A stretch of 64,000 nucleotides of DNA from Rhodocyclaceae bacterium (GTDB lineage Bacteria > Pseudomonadota > Gammaproteobacteria > Burkholderiales > Rhodocyclaceae), in the NCBI GenBank assembly GCA_018883265.1, contig VEQK01000005.1, positions 6,190 through 70,189 of the forward strand, written 5' to 3'. Below the pieces are notes generated by a model. The model was not told where the DNA came from. It did not search any database and was given only the letters and a program-made list of their open reading frames with translations. This document shows positions 52,808-63,417 of the stretch, piece after piece; position 1 is the first letter of the stretch, and the number at the start of each line of letters is the position of its first letter. The position numbers and the translations under genes are program-made.

Positions 52808-54207
52808 ACAAGAAGGTTGTAGCCCGTAAGTCTCCCAATCGGCAAGCCCCGCGCAAGCCTTCGTCTGGGAAGAGCCCGATGCCGCTGAGCCCTGCAGAGC
52901 AGGCCTTACCGCGTCCGATGGTTGCCCAGGCCATCAGCCTGCTGGCCGAAGTGCTTAAATTCGAGCGCCCGGCTGACGGTGTCCTTTCGCAGTATTTCAA
53001 AACGCATCGTGAATTGGGCCACGCGGACCGTGGCCGTCTGGCGGAATTGATTTACGCGATTCTGCGCCACCTGGCCAGTTTGCGTGCGGTGGTCGCCCGC
53101 TCTGCGCCCCCTGAAGGCCATGAGGCGCGTCATCTTGTGCTGGCCGCGCTGGTGCGACTGCAAGGTCGTAATTTGCGTGAGATCGAGCATCTGCTCAAGG
53201 GGGACGAGAACGAGTGGTTCGGTCGTCTGAAGGCGGCAGGGCAAGAGAAATCCGAGACCATGACGCCGGCGGTGAGTCATGAATGGCCGGAGTGGCTGGA
53301 AACGGCGTTGGCGGCGATGCCCGATGCTGATCGTGATGCCTTAGCCCGTTCTCTCTTACAGCCAGCGCCCCTGGATCTGCGGATTAATCCGCTACGCGCC
53401 AAGCGCCCGGAGATTCTGGCGCAACTTGATAAGCACGGCATTGTGGCAGAAGAAACGCCTTATTCGCCGTGGGGGATGCGTGTCGAGGGCAAGCCCGCGA
53501 TTCAGCGTCATCCCGCTTTTGAAAAAGGCGATATTGAAGTCCAGGATGAAGGGAGCCAGCTACTGGTTGCCATGCTGGCGCCGAAGCGCGGTGAAATGGT
53601 GCTTGATTTCTGTGCCGGTGCGGGTGGCAAGACCCTGCTGATGGGTGCGCTCATGAAAAACACCGGCCGTTTGTATGCGACCGATATTTCCGAGAAGCGA
53701 TTAGCCAAACTGGGGCCACGAGTGGCGCGCGCCGGGCTGTCGAACGTACAGACTATCCGAATTGCCCACGAACGTGATGATCGTATCCAGCGGCTGGCCG
53801 GCAAGTTTGATCGCGTGCTCGTCGATGCGCCATGCTCGGGTACGGGCACCTTGCGTCGCAACCCGGATCTGAAGTGGCGTCAGTCAGTCGAGCAAGTCAA
53901 CGAGCTTAGCGACATGCAGGCGAAAATTCTGGAAGCGGCCGCGCCCCTGGTACGCCCGGGCGGCCTGCTGGTCTATGCGACCTGCAGCTTGCTCGATCAG
54001 GAAAACGGCGCCATTCAGCAGGCCTTCAGCGAGAAACATACCGAATTCGAGGTGGTTAATCCGGTACAGCAGCTTGCCGCCGTTGGTGTCGATCTGCCGA
54101 CTGACGCCGTGACGCAGGGCGCCATGGGCTTGCCTGGATTACAGCTATTACCGCACCGGCACAATACGGATGGCTTTTTTGCAGCCGTCTGGCGCAAGAA
54201 AATTTAA
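52804..54207 (+). CDS. rsmB: RsmB/NOL1/NOP2/Sun family rRNA m5C methyltransferase
   Basis: VQDEGSQ, DFCAGAGGKT, VDAPCSG.G, YATCS, DGFF. Confidence 0.88.
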   Translation: MNKKVVARKSPNRQAPRKPSSGKSPMPLSPAEQALPRPMVAQAISLLAEVLKFERPADGVLSQYFKTHRELGHADRGRLAELIYAILRHLASLRAVVARSAPPEGHEARHLVLAALVRLQGRNLREIEHLLKGDENEWFGRLKAAGQEKSETMTPAVSHEWPEWLETALAAMPDADRDALARSLLQPAPLDLRINPLRAKRPEILAQLDKHGIVAEETPYSPWGMRVEGKPAIQRHPAFEKGDIEVQDEGSQLLVAMLAPKRGEMVLDFCAGAGGKTLLMGALMKNTGRLYATDISEKRLAKLGPRVARAGLSNVQTIRIAHERDDRIQRLAGKFDRVLVDAPCSGTGTLRRNPDLKWRQSVEQVNELSDMQAKILEAAAPLVRPGGLLVYATCSLLDQENGAIQQAFSEKHTEFEVVNPVQQLAAVGVDLPTDAVTQGAMGLPGLQLLPHRHNTDGFFAAVWRKKI

Positions 54208-54214
54208 ACAATCT

Positions 54215-54562
54215 TTACTTGCCGCCGAATTCCTCGTAGGCGCGCATCGTCTCGCCCGCATACATCAACGACGGTCCACCGCCCATCATCACTGCAACAC
54301 CAAGCATTTCCGACAGTTCGGCTTTGGTGACGCCCAGCTTGATCAGTGCCTGCACATGAAAGCCAATGCAGCCATCGCAGCGAGCGGCAACGCCGATGCC
54401 GAGTGCGATCAGTTCTTTGGTTTTTGCATCCAGTGCACCCTCTTTCATCGACGCATTATGAAGGGCACTAAAGCCGGCCTGAACATCGGGTACCTCGGCC
54501 CGAAACTGGGCGAGGCCCTTGCTGATTGACTGTGTCACGGCTTTGAAGGATTTTTCAGACAT
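54215..54562 (-). CDS. Carboxymuconolactone decarboxylase/AhpD-like protein with CxxC
   Basis: KTKELIAL...RCDGCIGFH...GGGP. Confidence 0.9.
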   Translation of the reverse strand: MSEKSFKAVTQSISKGLAQFRAEVPDVQAGFSALHNASMKEGALDAKTKELIALGIGVAARCDGCIGFHVQALIKLGVTKAELSEMLGVAVMMGGGPSLMYAGETMRAYEEFGGK

Positions 54563-54616
54563 GATGTTCCTTTATGATGATTATTCTGTTTGACCCGAAA
54601 CTCGGGTGCGGCCTAA

Positions 54617-54638
54617 AAATATATATTAGTATATAATA
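54617..54638. promoter_or_regulatory. AT-rich imperfect 9-4-9 palindrome between divergent genes (putative operator)
   Basis: AAATATATA-TTAG-TATATAATA in an otherwise GC-rich background. Confidence 0.55.
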
Positions 54639-54684
54639 TTGAACATGGTGTATAAAGTGGGTGTCACTTTTCAAGGAGAGCAAT

Positions 54685-54918
54685 ATGACTCAGAACGTAG
54701 GTGGTCTGGACCGTGTCCTTCGTATCGTGGTTGGCCTTGTGCTGATCGGTCTGGCCGCAACCGGTAACATCGGCGCCTGGGGTTACATCGGTGTGGTACC
54801 GCTGATGACGGGCCTGTTCCGTTACTGCCCGGCCTACAGCATCTTTGGTTGCAAGACCGGCGGTTCGGGTAGCTGCGGCACGGGTTGCGGTACCGGCTGT
54901 AATACCGAGCGAAAATAA
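54685..54918 (+). CDS. DUF2892 (YgaP-like) membrane protein with Cys-rich tail
   Basis: NVGGLDRVLRIVVG...TGLFRYCPAYSIFG; SD AAGGAG. Confidence 0.88.
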   Translation: MTQNVGGLDRVLRIVVGLVLIGLAATGNIGAWGYIGVVPLMTGLFRYCPAYSIFGCKTGGSGSCGTGCGTGCNTERK

Positions 54919-54941
54919 TCACGCCGGATGTTGCAGCTGCT

Positions 54942-56006
54942 TTAGTATGAAGCGGTTAGCTGCATAAGCGCCCAGTCGATATGCTCCTGAACCAGGGGGC
55001 TGGACTGGGTGTTTTTTTCAGTAAGGATGCGAACGTGTTCCGGTGTGGGCGAAGCGTTGCCCAATGCCACGGCAAGATTACGTTGCCAGCGTTCGTAGCC
55101 GATGCGCCGGATCGGGCTGCCTTCGAAACGGCTCAGAAACGTGTCTTCATCCCACGCGAACAGATCGAGTAGGGTGGCGGCATCAAGTTGATGTCGGGGG
55201 GCAAACTCGGTGTCGCCTTCCGGCGTGAAACGGTTCCACGGGCACACAAGCTGGCAGTCGTCGCAGCCGTAAATGCGGTTGCCGATTGCTTTTCGGAATT
55301 CGACAGGGATCGCGCCCCTGTTTTCAATCGTGAGATAACTGATACAGCGTCGGGCATCAACCCGGTACTGTGCAGTGATAGCGCGGGTCGGGCAGAAATC
55401 TATGCACCGTGTGCAGTCGCCACAGTGGGGTTCAGCGGGTTTGTCTTGGGCAAGTGGCAGATCGCAGATGATTTCACCGAGAAAAAACCAGGAGCCCTGC
55501 CGATCTAATAGTAGGGTATGTTTGCCTTCCCAACCCAATCCGGCCTGTTCTGCCAGCACAACTTCCTTGACCGGCGCGGAATCTGTGAATACCCGATACG
55601 TGAAATCACCGGCGACCTCGGTCAGGCGATCGGCCAGTGCCTGCAGGCGCTGACGAATCACCTTGTGGTAGTCACGCCCCAGGGCATAACGTGAAATATA
55701 TGCCGCATCCCGGTCGGAAAGTTGGGCGTCTGCGGCTTTTGCGTTTGCCGACCAGTAGGGCAGGCGGACACTGATCACCGTTATTGCGCCCGGAACAAGA
55801 TGCTCAGGGTGCTTACGAAGTTCGGCGTGTCGGGCCATGTAATCCATGCTGCCATGACAGCCATCATGTAACCAGGAATCCAATCGGGCGCGGGCTGAAT
55901 CGGGGACACAGGCTGGGCCAATGCGAACGCCTGTAAAGCCGAGTTGAGCGGCCTCGCGTTCAACGCATGCTTTGAGTGCGTCCAGATTGGTCGAGGAATC
56001 ATTCAA
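54942..56006 (-). CDS. queG: Epoxyqueuosine reductase
   Basis: SRYALGRDYH, DSAPV.E, GWEGK, CGDCTRCIDFCP and GCDDCQLVCPWN Fe-S motifs; TTG start at 56006 assumed. Confidence 0.95.
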   Translation of the reverse strand: MNDSSTNLDALKACVEREAAQLGFTGVRIGPACVPDSARARLDSWLHDGCHGSMDYMARHAELRKHPEHLVPGAITVISVRLPYWSANAKAADAQLSDRDAAYISRYALGRDYHKVIRQRLQALADRLTEVAGDFTYRVFTDSAPVKEVVLAEQAGLGWEGKHTLLLDRQGSWFFLGEIICDLPLAQDKPAEPHCGDCTRCIDFCPTRAITAQYRVDARRCISYLTIENRGAIPVEFRKAIGNRIYGCDDCQLVCPWNRFTPEGDTEFAPRHQLDAATLLDLFAWDEDTFLSRFEGSPIRRIGYERWQRNLAVALGNASPTPEHVRILTEKNTQSSPLVQEHIDWALMQLTASY

Positions 56007-56484
56007 AGCGTGTGTACCAATCCTGCAAGAGTTTTGAGGCTTGCGGCGACCCTTCGGCCGGGGACCAAGTGGCGATCTCTTCGGGTGACAAAGGCACAAA
56101 GGGACCGGCTTTGGCTTCAAAGAAAACGCTGTCGGCTTCCAGTGCCAGCAGGGTGTGGGTCGTTCCGTGCGGGATGTCGACCCCGTACACCGGACCGTTT
56201 GCCGATAACGTCAGTGTTTCAGCGACGGCGCCATCCTCGGTGAAGCTCAGATAACCGAATCGACCGCGCAGTACCACAATGCTTTCATCCTTGTTTGGAT
56301 CCTGATGCCGGTGGGGGCGGATGTAGGAGCCAGGTTGAATGGCGTTAATGAGCCGATGCGCCGGAAAATCGTTGCCCGGGTGAAAGTTGGCGTTCTTGCG
56401 CTTTCGGTCGGATTCGGCAGCGAGGCGACAGGTATGGTCTAGTAACGCCTCATCGATGCGGATGGTACTTGGCATGGTTTTCAT
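55999..56484 (-). CDS. WbuC-family cupin metalloprotein
   Basis: RKRKNANFH, INAIQPGSYIRPHRH, E, IPHGTTHT, FEAKAGP. Confidence 0.82.
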   Translation of the reverse strand: MKTMPSTIRIDEALLDHTCRLAAESDRKRKNANFHPGNDFPAHRLINAIQPGSYIRPHRHQDPNKDESIVVLRGRFGYLSFTEDGAVAETLTLSANGPVYGVDIPHGTTHTLLALEADSVFFEAKAGPFVPLSPEEIATWSPAEGSPQASKLLQDWYTRFE

Positions 56485-56610
56485 TTTACGAGGTTGGTCG
56501 CTGAATTATCCGCGATGTTGAGATCAGATCAATGGCATATTCTGTCGAGTTGCGGCAACATTCGGGCTTTGTAAAACAGCAATCCCGCTTTTGATTGGTA
56601 TTCATACCTG

Positions 56611-57093
56611 ATGCAGACATTCCCCATAACGATTCCCGATGAAGCGGCAACACTGGCCAGCGGCGAGGCCATCGGCCGAATGTTGGCGGGTTTGCCGACG
56701 GCACGGGCGCAGCTGCACGTCAATCTGGTAGGGGATCTGGGGGCAGGCAAAACAACGCTGGTGCGCGGTGTCCTGCGTGGTCTGGGGTATACCGGGCGCG
56801 TCAAAAGCCCGACCTATCCACTGCTGGAAAGCTACCGGATCGGCAATTTGAATCTGGAGCACTTCGATCTTTACCGACTGGAGTCACCGGAGGCGTTTAG
56901 CGAAGCCGGATTTGAAGACTACTTTGTGGGCACCGGACTTCGTTTTGTCGAATGGCCGGATCGTGCGGGAAATCGCATGCCAACGCCGGACTGGTGTGTG
57001 ACGCTGAGGGATGCGCCGGAGGGCGGTCGGCTGCTGTCGATTGACGCCCAGACGCCACCGGGAATTGCCTTGCTTGAGAGGCTCGGTTCATGA
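56611..57093 (+). CDS. tsaE: tRNA threonylcarbamoyladenosine biosynthesis ATPase
   Basis: GDLGAGKTT, VKSPTY, HFDLYR, VEWP. Confidence 0.96.
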   Translation: MQTFPITIPDEAATLASGEAIGRMLAGLPTARAQLHVNLVGDLGAGKTTLVRGVLRGLGYTGRVKSPTYPLLESYRIGNLNLEHFDLYRLESPEAFSEAGFEDYFVGTGLRFVEWPDRAGNRMPTPDWCVTLRDAPEGGRLLSIDAQTPPGIALLERLGS

Positions 57094-58433
57094 AGGCCCG
57101 GCTACCCCTGATGCCCTCGCCGGGCCGCCGAGCCTTGCTGCGCGCTGCAGGTTCGCTGTGTTTGTTATCGGTAACGCCGATCGGAACGCTGGCCGCTGCG
57201 GCCGCCTCATCCATTGTGGCGGTGCGTGTGTGGCCGGCCGAAGATTACACGCGCGTGACCATCGAACATAAAGGACTTGTCAAATTCACCCAGAGCATGG
57301 TGCACAACCCCGAACGGTTAGTTGTCGATATCGAAGGGATTGAACTCAACGGGGTACTCAAGGGTCTGGGCGACAAGGTCGGTCCCGGCGACCCGTATAT
57401 CCGGCAACTGCGCGCGGCAAACTACAAACCGGGTGTTGTGCGACTCGTGATGGATCTGAAAGGCGAAGTGGCGCCCCAGGTTTTTAACCTGCCGCCCGTG
57501 GGGGCTTACGAGAGCCGTCTGGTAATGGATATTTATCCGCTGGTGCCGCAGGATCCTCTGATGCAACTGGTCAGCAGCAAGCAGGCACCGGCCAAGGAGA
57601 CGTTAAAGGAGGCTGCGGAACCCAAAATCAAGCCGGAAGTAGCGAAGCCCGAGTCGGCCAGACCGGCTGTCGAGACGGAGGCGCCACCAAAACAGGCTGA
57701 TGCAGTACCGGCGCGAGCCACGAAAAAATCGGCCAAGGCTGTCACGATCATGCTGGACCCCGGTCATGGCGGCGAAGATCCGGGTGCGATCGGCTCGCGG
57801 GGGTCGATGGAAAAGCATGTCACCTTGTCGATCGCGCGCCGTCTGCGCGAGCGCATCGAGAATGACTATGGGATGAAAGCGGCGCTGACCCGGGACGGTG
57901 ATTTTTTTGTACCGTTGCAGACGCGGGTGCAGAAGGCGCGTCGCGCCAAAGCGGATCTCTTTGTCTCCATTCATGCCGACGCCTGGATCAAGCCCGAGGC
58001 ACGGGGCTCGTCGGTGTTCGTGCTGTCGGAGAAGGGCGCATCCAGCGCTGCCGCAAGGTATTTGGCGCAAAAAGAGAACGATGCCGACAAGGTCGGCGGC
58101 GTCAACTTTACAGTGGCCGATCCGCATCTGGCACGTACGCTGATGGATCTGACCCAGACGGCGACGCAGAACGACAGCATGAAACTCGGTAAATCGGTGC
58201 TGACCAATCTGGGAAGCGTCAATGCGCTGCATAAAGCTTCCGTCGAACAGGCGGGCTTTGCCGTCCTGAAAGCCCCCGATATTCCATCGATCCTGATTGA
58301 AACGGCGTTTATTTCAAATCCTGAAGAAGAAAAGCGCCTGAATGATGAGGAGTATCAGGAAAAGCTGGCGGAGGCGATTATGCGTGGTATCCGCCAATAC
58401 CTGGCGAAAAACCCCGCCTTCAACAAGGCCTGA
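57090..58433 (+). CDS. amiC: N-acetylmuramoyl-L-alanine amidase with AMIN domain and Tat signal
   Basis: GRRALL twin-Arg signal, DPGHGGEDPGA, SIHADA, ILIETAFISN. Confidence 0.92.
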   Translation: MKARLPLMPSPGRRALLRAAGSLCLLSVTPIGTLAAAAASSIVAVRVWPAEDYTRVTIEHKGLVKFTQSMVHNPERLVVDIEGIELNGVLKGLGDKVGPGDPYIRQLRAANYKPGVVRLVMDLKGEVAPQVFNLPPVGAYESRLVMDIYPLVPQDPLMQLVSSKQAPAKETLKEAAEPKIKPEVAKPESARPAVETEAPPKQADAVPARATKKSAKAVTIMLDPGHGGEDPGAIGSRGSMEKHVTLSIARRLRERIENDYGMKAALTRDGDFFVPLQTRVQKARRAKADLFVSIHADAWIKPEARGSSVFVLSEKGASSAAARYLAQKENDADKVGGVNFTVADPHLARTLMDLTQTATQNDSMKLGKSVLTNLGSVNALHKASVEQAGFAVLKAPDIPSILIETAFISNPEEEKRLNDEEYQEKLAEAIMRGIRQYLAKNPAFNKA

Positions 58434-58587
58434 CATCGTTAAAAATTGATTCGGCCGACCCGGGGGAACCGGAATTTCCCGCATTCGCCGCGGCAAGGGG
58501 CGGAAATGGGCGCTAAGCCTTTATAATGCAAGGTTTCACCGAAATAGCGACGAGGTTTTGCGACGGCAAGTCGCGCCCCTTCATTTC

Positions 58588-59589
58588 ATGCGTGTATTTC
58601 GCGGGCTCAATCCTCCCGCTGATGCCGGTGCGGTCATCACGATAGGTAACTTTGATGGCATGCACCTCGGGCACCAGGCACTGTTGCGTCAGCTGCGCGC
58701 TGAGGCGCAGACACGTGGTTTGCACTCGTCCGTACTGACCTTTGCACCGCACCCTCGGGAATTCTTTGCCCGCAAGGCGGCAGGTGCTGCGGCCGTGATT
58801 CCGGCGCGCCTGCACACGCTGCGTGAAAAGCTGGAAGCTCTGGCAGCGGCGGGGATCGATGAAACCCGTGTCTGTCGTTTTGATGATCGCTTTGCCGGGC
58901 TGTCGCCGGAAGATTTTGTGCGCGACGTACTTGTTGGGGCCATGCATGCCAAACATGTCCTGATTGGTGACGACTTCCGCTTCGGTGCTCGTCGTGCGGG
59001 TGATTTCGCGTTACTGCAAACGCTGGGGGCACGTTATGGCTTTACTGTGTCATCGCTCAATTCGCAGTGTCTGGGCGGCGAGCGTATCTCGAGTTCACAG
59101 GTGCGTTCGGCGTTGGCCACCGGCGATCTGAGCCGTGCCGAGGCCCTGCTTGGTTATCCGTATGCCATGGAAGGGCGTGTGGTGCAGGGGCGCCAGCTTG
59201 GGCGTACGATCGGCGTCCCAACGGCAAATGTGCAGATCCATCATGACCCGCTGCCGCTGCGCGGTGTATTTGTCGTTGATGTGGCGCTGGATGAAACCCG
59301 TGCAGCCGTTCCGCAGGCAAGCCGCCGTTATGCGGGCGTCGCCAATCTGGGCTATCGCCCCACATTGGGCGGCGACACCAGACCCTTGCTGGAAGTTCAC
59401 CTCTTTGATTTTGAGGGCGACCTCTACGGTGCCCACCTCGACGTTCGTTTTCTCACCAAGCTGCGTGATGAAATGACTTTTGCCGATTTTGGCGCCCTGA
59501 CCAATCAGATCCAGACCGATCTGATGCAGGCCCGCCGTTTCTTCGAGCAGCATCCGCTTTCCCATATTCCCCAACTGTCTGTGCAGTAA
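58588..59589 (+). CDS. ribF: Bifunctional riboflavin kinase/FAD synthetase
   Basis: [36 protein letters not shown]. Confidence 0.96.
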   Translation: MRVFRGLNPPADAGAVITIGNFDGMHLGHQALLRQLRAEAQTRGLHSSVLTFAPHPREFFARKAAGAAAVIPARLHTLREKLEALAAAGIDETRVCRFDDRFAGLSPEDFVRDVLVGAMHAKHVLIGDDFRFGARRAGDFALLQTLGARYGFTVSSLNSQCLGGERISSSQVRSALATGDLSRAEALLGYPYAMEGRVVQGRQLGRTIGVPTANVQIHHDPLPLRGVFVVDVALDETRAAVPQASRRYAGVANLGYRPTLGGDTRPLLEVHLFDFEGDLYGAHLDVRFLTKLRDEMTFADFGALTNQIQTDLMQARRFFEQHPLSHIPQLSVQ

Positions 59590-59593
59590 TTTC

Positions 59594-62428
59594 ATGACCG
59601 AACACACCAAGAACGATCAGGCGCAGGAAGCGCGCGCCACGCTGAATCTGGCCGATACGGCTTTTCCGATGCGGGGCGATTTGCCCAAGCGCGAACCGGC
59701 CTGGATTACCGACTGGCAGAAGCGCGGGCTATATCACAAGATTCAGAAGCACACCAAAGGCCGACCGCGTTTTGTGTTGCACGATGGTCCGCCGTATGCC
59801 AATGGCGATATTCATATCGGTCACGCGGTCAACAAGATCCTAAAGGACATCATTGTCCGTTCGAAAGTTCTGGCGGGTTTTGATGCCCAGTACGTGCCAG
59901 GTTGGGATTGTCATGGTCTGCCTATCGAGCACCAGATCGAGAAGCAACACGGCCGCAATCTGCCGGCGGATGAAGTACGCAAACTCTGCCGCACCTATGC
60001 GGCAGAACAAGTGGCGCGCCAGAAAAAGGATTTCATTCGCCTGGGTGTACTGGGTGATTGGGATAACCCCTATCTGACCATGAACTTCAGTGCGGAAGCC
60101 AACGAGATCCGCGCGTTGGGCAAGATGCTGCAAGATGGCTATCTCTACCAGGGGCTGAAGCCCGTCAACTGGTGTCTGGATTGCCGATCTGCCCTGGCCG
60201 AAGCCGAAGTCGAATACGAAGACAAGCAGTCGCCGGCCATTGACGTGGCCTTTGAAGTGCATCCGAATCATGCGGCGAATGTCGCCAAGGCTTTCGGTCT
60301 GGATCATCTCGACGGCCCGGCCTTCGCCGTGATCTGGACCACGACACCGTGGACGCTGCCCGCCAATGAAGCGGTGAGTGTGCATCCTACGGTGGAATAC
60401 GCCTTGATCGGCACCGCTAGGGGCAACCTGATTCTGGGGGCTGAGTTGGCCGCCAGTGCACTTGAGCGTTACGACCTGCAAGGCCAGGTGTTGGGCAAAT
60501 GCAGCGGTGCGGCGCTTGAGCATGTCCTACTGCATCATCCGTTCTATGCGAAGGAAGTGCCTATTATCTGCGGCGAACATGTGACGACCGATGCGGGTAC
60601 GGGTCTGGTGCACACGGCGCCGGCGCATGGTGTGGATGACTTCAACATCGGCAGGAAGTACGGGCTACCGGTAGAAAACCCGGTGGGCGACGATGGTCGC
60701 TTCCTGCAGAAAACACCGCCGTTGCCCACGGGGCCGCTGGCGGGGCTCAGCGTCTGGGAAGCCAACCCGAAGGTATTGGAAACATTGCGTCATAACCACC
60801 GCCTGTTGGCCGAAGTGAAGTTGCAACACAGCTACCCCCATTGCTGGCGCCATAAAACGCCGATTATTTTCCGTGCCACGACCCAGTGGTTTGTCGGTAT
60901 GGATACGCCGCCGAAACCTGGTCAGCCGACGTTGCGTCATCTGGCCGAAGTGGCTGTTGGGGATACGAATTTCTACCCGGCCTGGGGTCGCGCGCGTCTG
61001 GAAGCCATGATCCGCAATCGGCCGGACTGGTGCGTCTCGCGTCAGCGTAACTGGGGCGTGCCGATCCCGTTTTTCCTGAACAAGGAAACGAATGAACTGC
61101 ATCCACGTACTGCCGAGTTGGTGGAAGAAGTTGCCAAGCGCGTTGAGCAATCGGGTATCGAAGCCTGGTTCCAGCTCGACCCGGCCGACCTGCTGGGCGA
61201 TGAGGCCAAGGATTACCGCAAGCTATCAGACACACTGGACGTATGGTTTGACTCGGGTACCACGCACTGGCACGTGATGCGCGGTTCGCATGCCGATGAA
61301 CATGCCTTCCCGGCGGATCTGTATCTGGAGGGCTCCGACCAGCACCGCGGCTGGTTCCAGTCCTCCTTGCTGACCGGCTGTGCACTCGATGGTCGGGCGC
61401 CCTACAAGGGGTTGCTGACGCATGGCTTCGTCGTTGATGGCAAAGGCCGCAAGATGTCGAAGTCGGTGGGGAATGTGATCTACCCGCAGGAAGTGGCCGA
61501 CAAGATGGGCGCTGAAATCCTGCGCCTGTGGGTGGCCAATACCGATTACTCGGGTGAGCTGACGATCTCGGACGAAATTCTCAAGCGCGTCGTCGAAGGC
61601 TATCGCCGGATCCGAAACACGCTGCGTTTCCTGCTGGCCAATACCGATGATTTCAATCCGGCTATCGACAGCGTGCCGCTGGATCAGATGCTGGAAATCG
61701 ACCGCTACGCGATTGAAATGGTGCGTGGCCTACAGTCCGCCGTGGAAGCGGACTATGATCAGTACGATTTCCATCACATCGTGCAATCGCTACAGAACTT
61801 CTGTTCGGAAGACCTGGGTGCTTTCTATCTGGATGTGCTGAAAGATCGCCTCTACACGACTGCGCCGAGTTCGAAGGCACGGCGTTCGGCACAGACTGCC
61901 TTGTGGCTGATCACACAGACCATGCTGCGACTGATGGCGCCGATTCTGGCCTTCACGAGCGAAGAAGTCTGGACGCTGCTGGCCCTTAAAATGAAGGGCG
62001 CTCCCGAATCGATCATGCTCAGCGATGCGAGCGCCTTGCCCGAGGTTGCGAATGCGGCCGACCTATCGGCGAAGTGGGAACGCATCCGCGCCATTCGCGC
62101 CGACGTGGCGAAGGTCATGGAAACGGTACGCGGCGAAGGGGCTATCGGTTCGTCGTTGCAGGCCGAAGTGCAGGTTACTGCACCAGCAGCAGATGCCGCC
62201 GCGTTACGTAGCCTCGGTGATGACCTCAAGTTCGTCTTCATCAGCTCGGCCGCCAGTGTGGTTGAGGGCACGGTGCTTGAGATCCGCGTCACACCGAGTG
62301 TGCAGCCCAAATGTGAGCGTTGCTGGCATCAGCGTGACAGTGTCGGCCAGAATGTGACCCATCCTGGCTGGTGTGACCGCTGCGTAGCGAACGTCGATGG
62401 CGCCGGTGAGGTACGCAGCTGTGTCTGA
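59594..62428 (+). CDS. ileS: Isoleucyl-tRNA synthetase (type 1)
   Basis: [27 protein letters not shown]-terminal CERCW...CDRC zinc site. Confidence 0.99.
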   Translation: MTEHTKNDQAQEARATLNLADTAFPMRGDLPKREPAWITDWQKRGLYHKIQKHTKGRPRFVLHDGPPYANGDIHIGHAVNKILKDIIVRSKVLAGFDAQYVPGWDCHGLPIEHQIEKQHGRNLPADEVRKLCRTYAAEQVARQKKDFIRLGVLGDWDNPYLTMNFSAEANEIRALGKMLQDGYLYQGLKPVNWCLDCRSALAEAEVEYEDKQSPAIDVAFEVHPNHAANVAKAFGLDHLDGPAFAVIWTTTPWTLPANEAVSVHPTVEYALIGTARGNLILGAELAASALERYDLQGQVLGKCSGAALEHVLLHHPFYAKEVPIICGEHVTTDAGTGLVHTAPAHGVDDFNIGRKYGLPVENPVGDDGRFLQKTPPLPTGPLAGLSVWEANPKVLETLRHNHRLLAEVKLQHSYPHCWRHKTPIIFRATTQWFVGMDTPPKPGQPTLRHLAEVAVGDTNFYPAWGRARLEAMIRNRPDWCVSRQRNWGVPIPFFLNKETNELHPRTAELVEEVAKRVEQSGIEAWFQLDPADLLGDEAKDYRKLSDTLDVWFDSGTTHWHVMRGSHADEHAFPADLYLEGSDQHRGWFQSSLLTGCALDGRAPYKGLLTHGFVVDGKGRKMSKSVGNVIYPQEVADKMGAEILRLWVANTDYSGELTISDEILKRVVEGYRRIRNTLRFLLANTDDFNPAIDSVPLDQMLEIDRYAIEMVRGLQSAVEADYDQYDFHHIVQSLQNFCSEDLGAFYLDVLKDRLYTTAPSSKARRSAQTALWLITQTMLRLMAPILAFTSEEVWTLLALKMKGAPESIMLSDASALPEVANAADLSAKWERIRAIRADVAKVMETVRGEGAIGSSLQAEVQVTAPAADAAALRSLGDDLKFVFISSAASVVEGTVLEIRVTPSVQPKCERCWHQRDSVGQNVTHPGWCDRCVANVDGAGEVRSCV

Positions 62429-62939
62429 TGGTTCTGTGGGTGCTGTGGGATCGTTGCCGCGTAACAACGCCCTTGGCTTCGGGCTGCTGATCGCGGCGCT
62501 GGTTGTTGCGCTGGATCAGGCGAGCAAGTTCTGGGCGCTCAGCTCCCTGGCGCCTGGTGAAGCGGTGTCGCTAACCCCGTTTTTCAATCTGGTGCTGGTA
62601 TTCAATCCGGGGGCAGCTTTCAGTTTTCTGGCCGATCACGCCGGTTGGCAACGCTGGTTTTTTGCCGCAATTGCGTTGCTGATCAGCGGCTGGATCGTCT
62701 GGCAATTGCGCGCTCTGCGTGAAAAAACCTGGTTTGCGATTGGGCTGGCGCTGATTATGGGCGGCGCGCTGGGTAATCTGATCGATCGCCTGTGGCTGGG
62801 CATGGTGGTCGACTTTATCGATGTCCATGTAGCCGGTTGGCATTGGCCGGCATTTAATGTCGCCGATAGTGCGGTATGTGCGGGTGCGGCACTCTATGTG
62901 TTGTGCCAACCCCGAAGTGGTGATCCTAAGGAATCGTAG
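62421..62939 (+). CDS. lspA: Lipoprotein signal peptidase
   Basis: [32 protein letters not shown]; GTG start overlapping the ileS stop. Confidence 0.96.
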   Translation: MSDGSVGAVGSLPRNNALGFGLLIAALVVALDQASKFWALSSLAPGEAVSLTPFFNLVLVFNPGAAFSFLADHAGWQRWFFAAIALLISGWIVWQLRALREKTWFAIGLALIMGGALGNLIDRLWLGMVVDFIDVHVAGWHWPAFNVADSAVCAGAALYVLCQPRSGDPKES

Positions 62940-62941
62940 GT

Positions 62942-63385
62942 ATGAATCTTGAAAACGCAGCCCGTATTGAAGCCGATAGCTTTCTAACGCTCCATTACCG
63001 ACTCACCACACAGGATGGCGAGGAGGTGGTTAGCACCTTTGATCTGGGTCCGGCGACGATCCAGATGGGTCATGGTGAGCTCAACGAAAATCTCGAAGCC
63101 TGCCTGGTTGGTCTGACGCCAGGCGAACATGTCATCTTTGACGTGCCGGCCGAAGCCGGTTTTGGTCAGCATAACCCGGGTCTGGTGCAGCGTATTGCCA
63201 TCAGTGCGTTGCCGGTGGGGCAGGAACTCAAGGAAAATACGCTCATCGAATTCACCTCGCCTGAAGGTGCCGAGTTCGCGGGCTTCGTGCGCGAGCTCGA
63301 TGCAACGCATGCCCTAATGGATTTTAATCACCCGCTGGCCGGCAAGAGTTTGCGTTTCGAAGTGCAGATTATCGGATTGCTATGA
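62942..63385 (+). CDS. fkpB: FKBP-type peptidyl-prolyl isomerase (SlpA/FkpB)
   Basis: [14 protein letters not shown]; conserved lspA-fkpB-ispH order. Confidence 0.9.
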   Translation: MNLENAARIEADSFLTLHYRLTTQDGEEVVSTFDLGPATIQMGHGELNENLEACLVGLTPGEHVIFDVPAEAGFGQHNPGLVQRIAISALPVGQELKENTLIEFTSPEGAEFAGFVRELDATHALMDFNHPLAGKSLRFEVQIIGLL

Positions 63386-63417
63386 GTGTTATGCAGACCA
63401 AGTTAACGACCAAGCTT

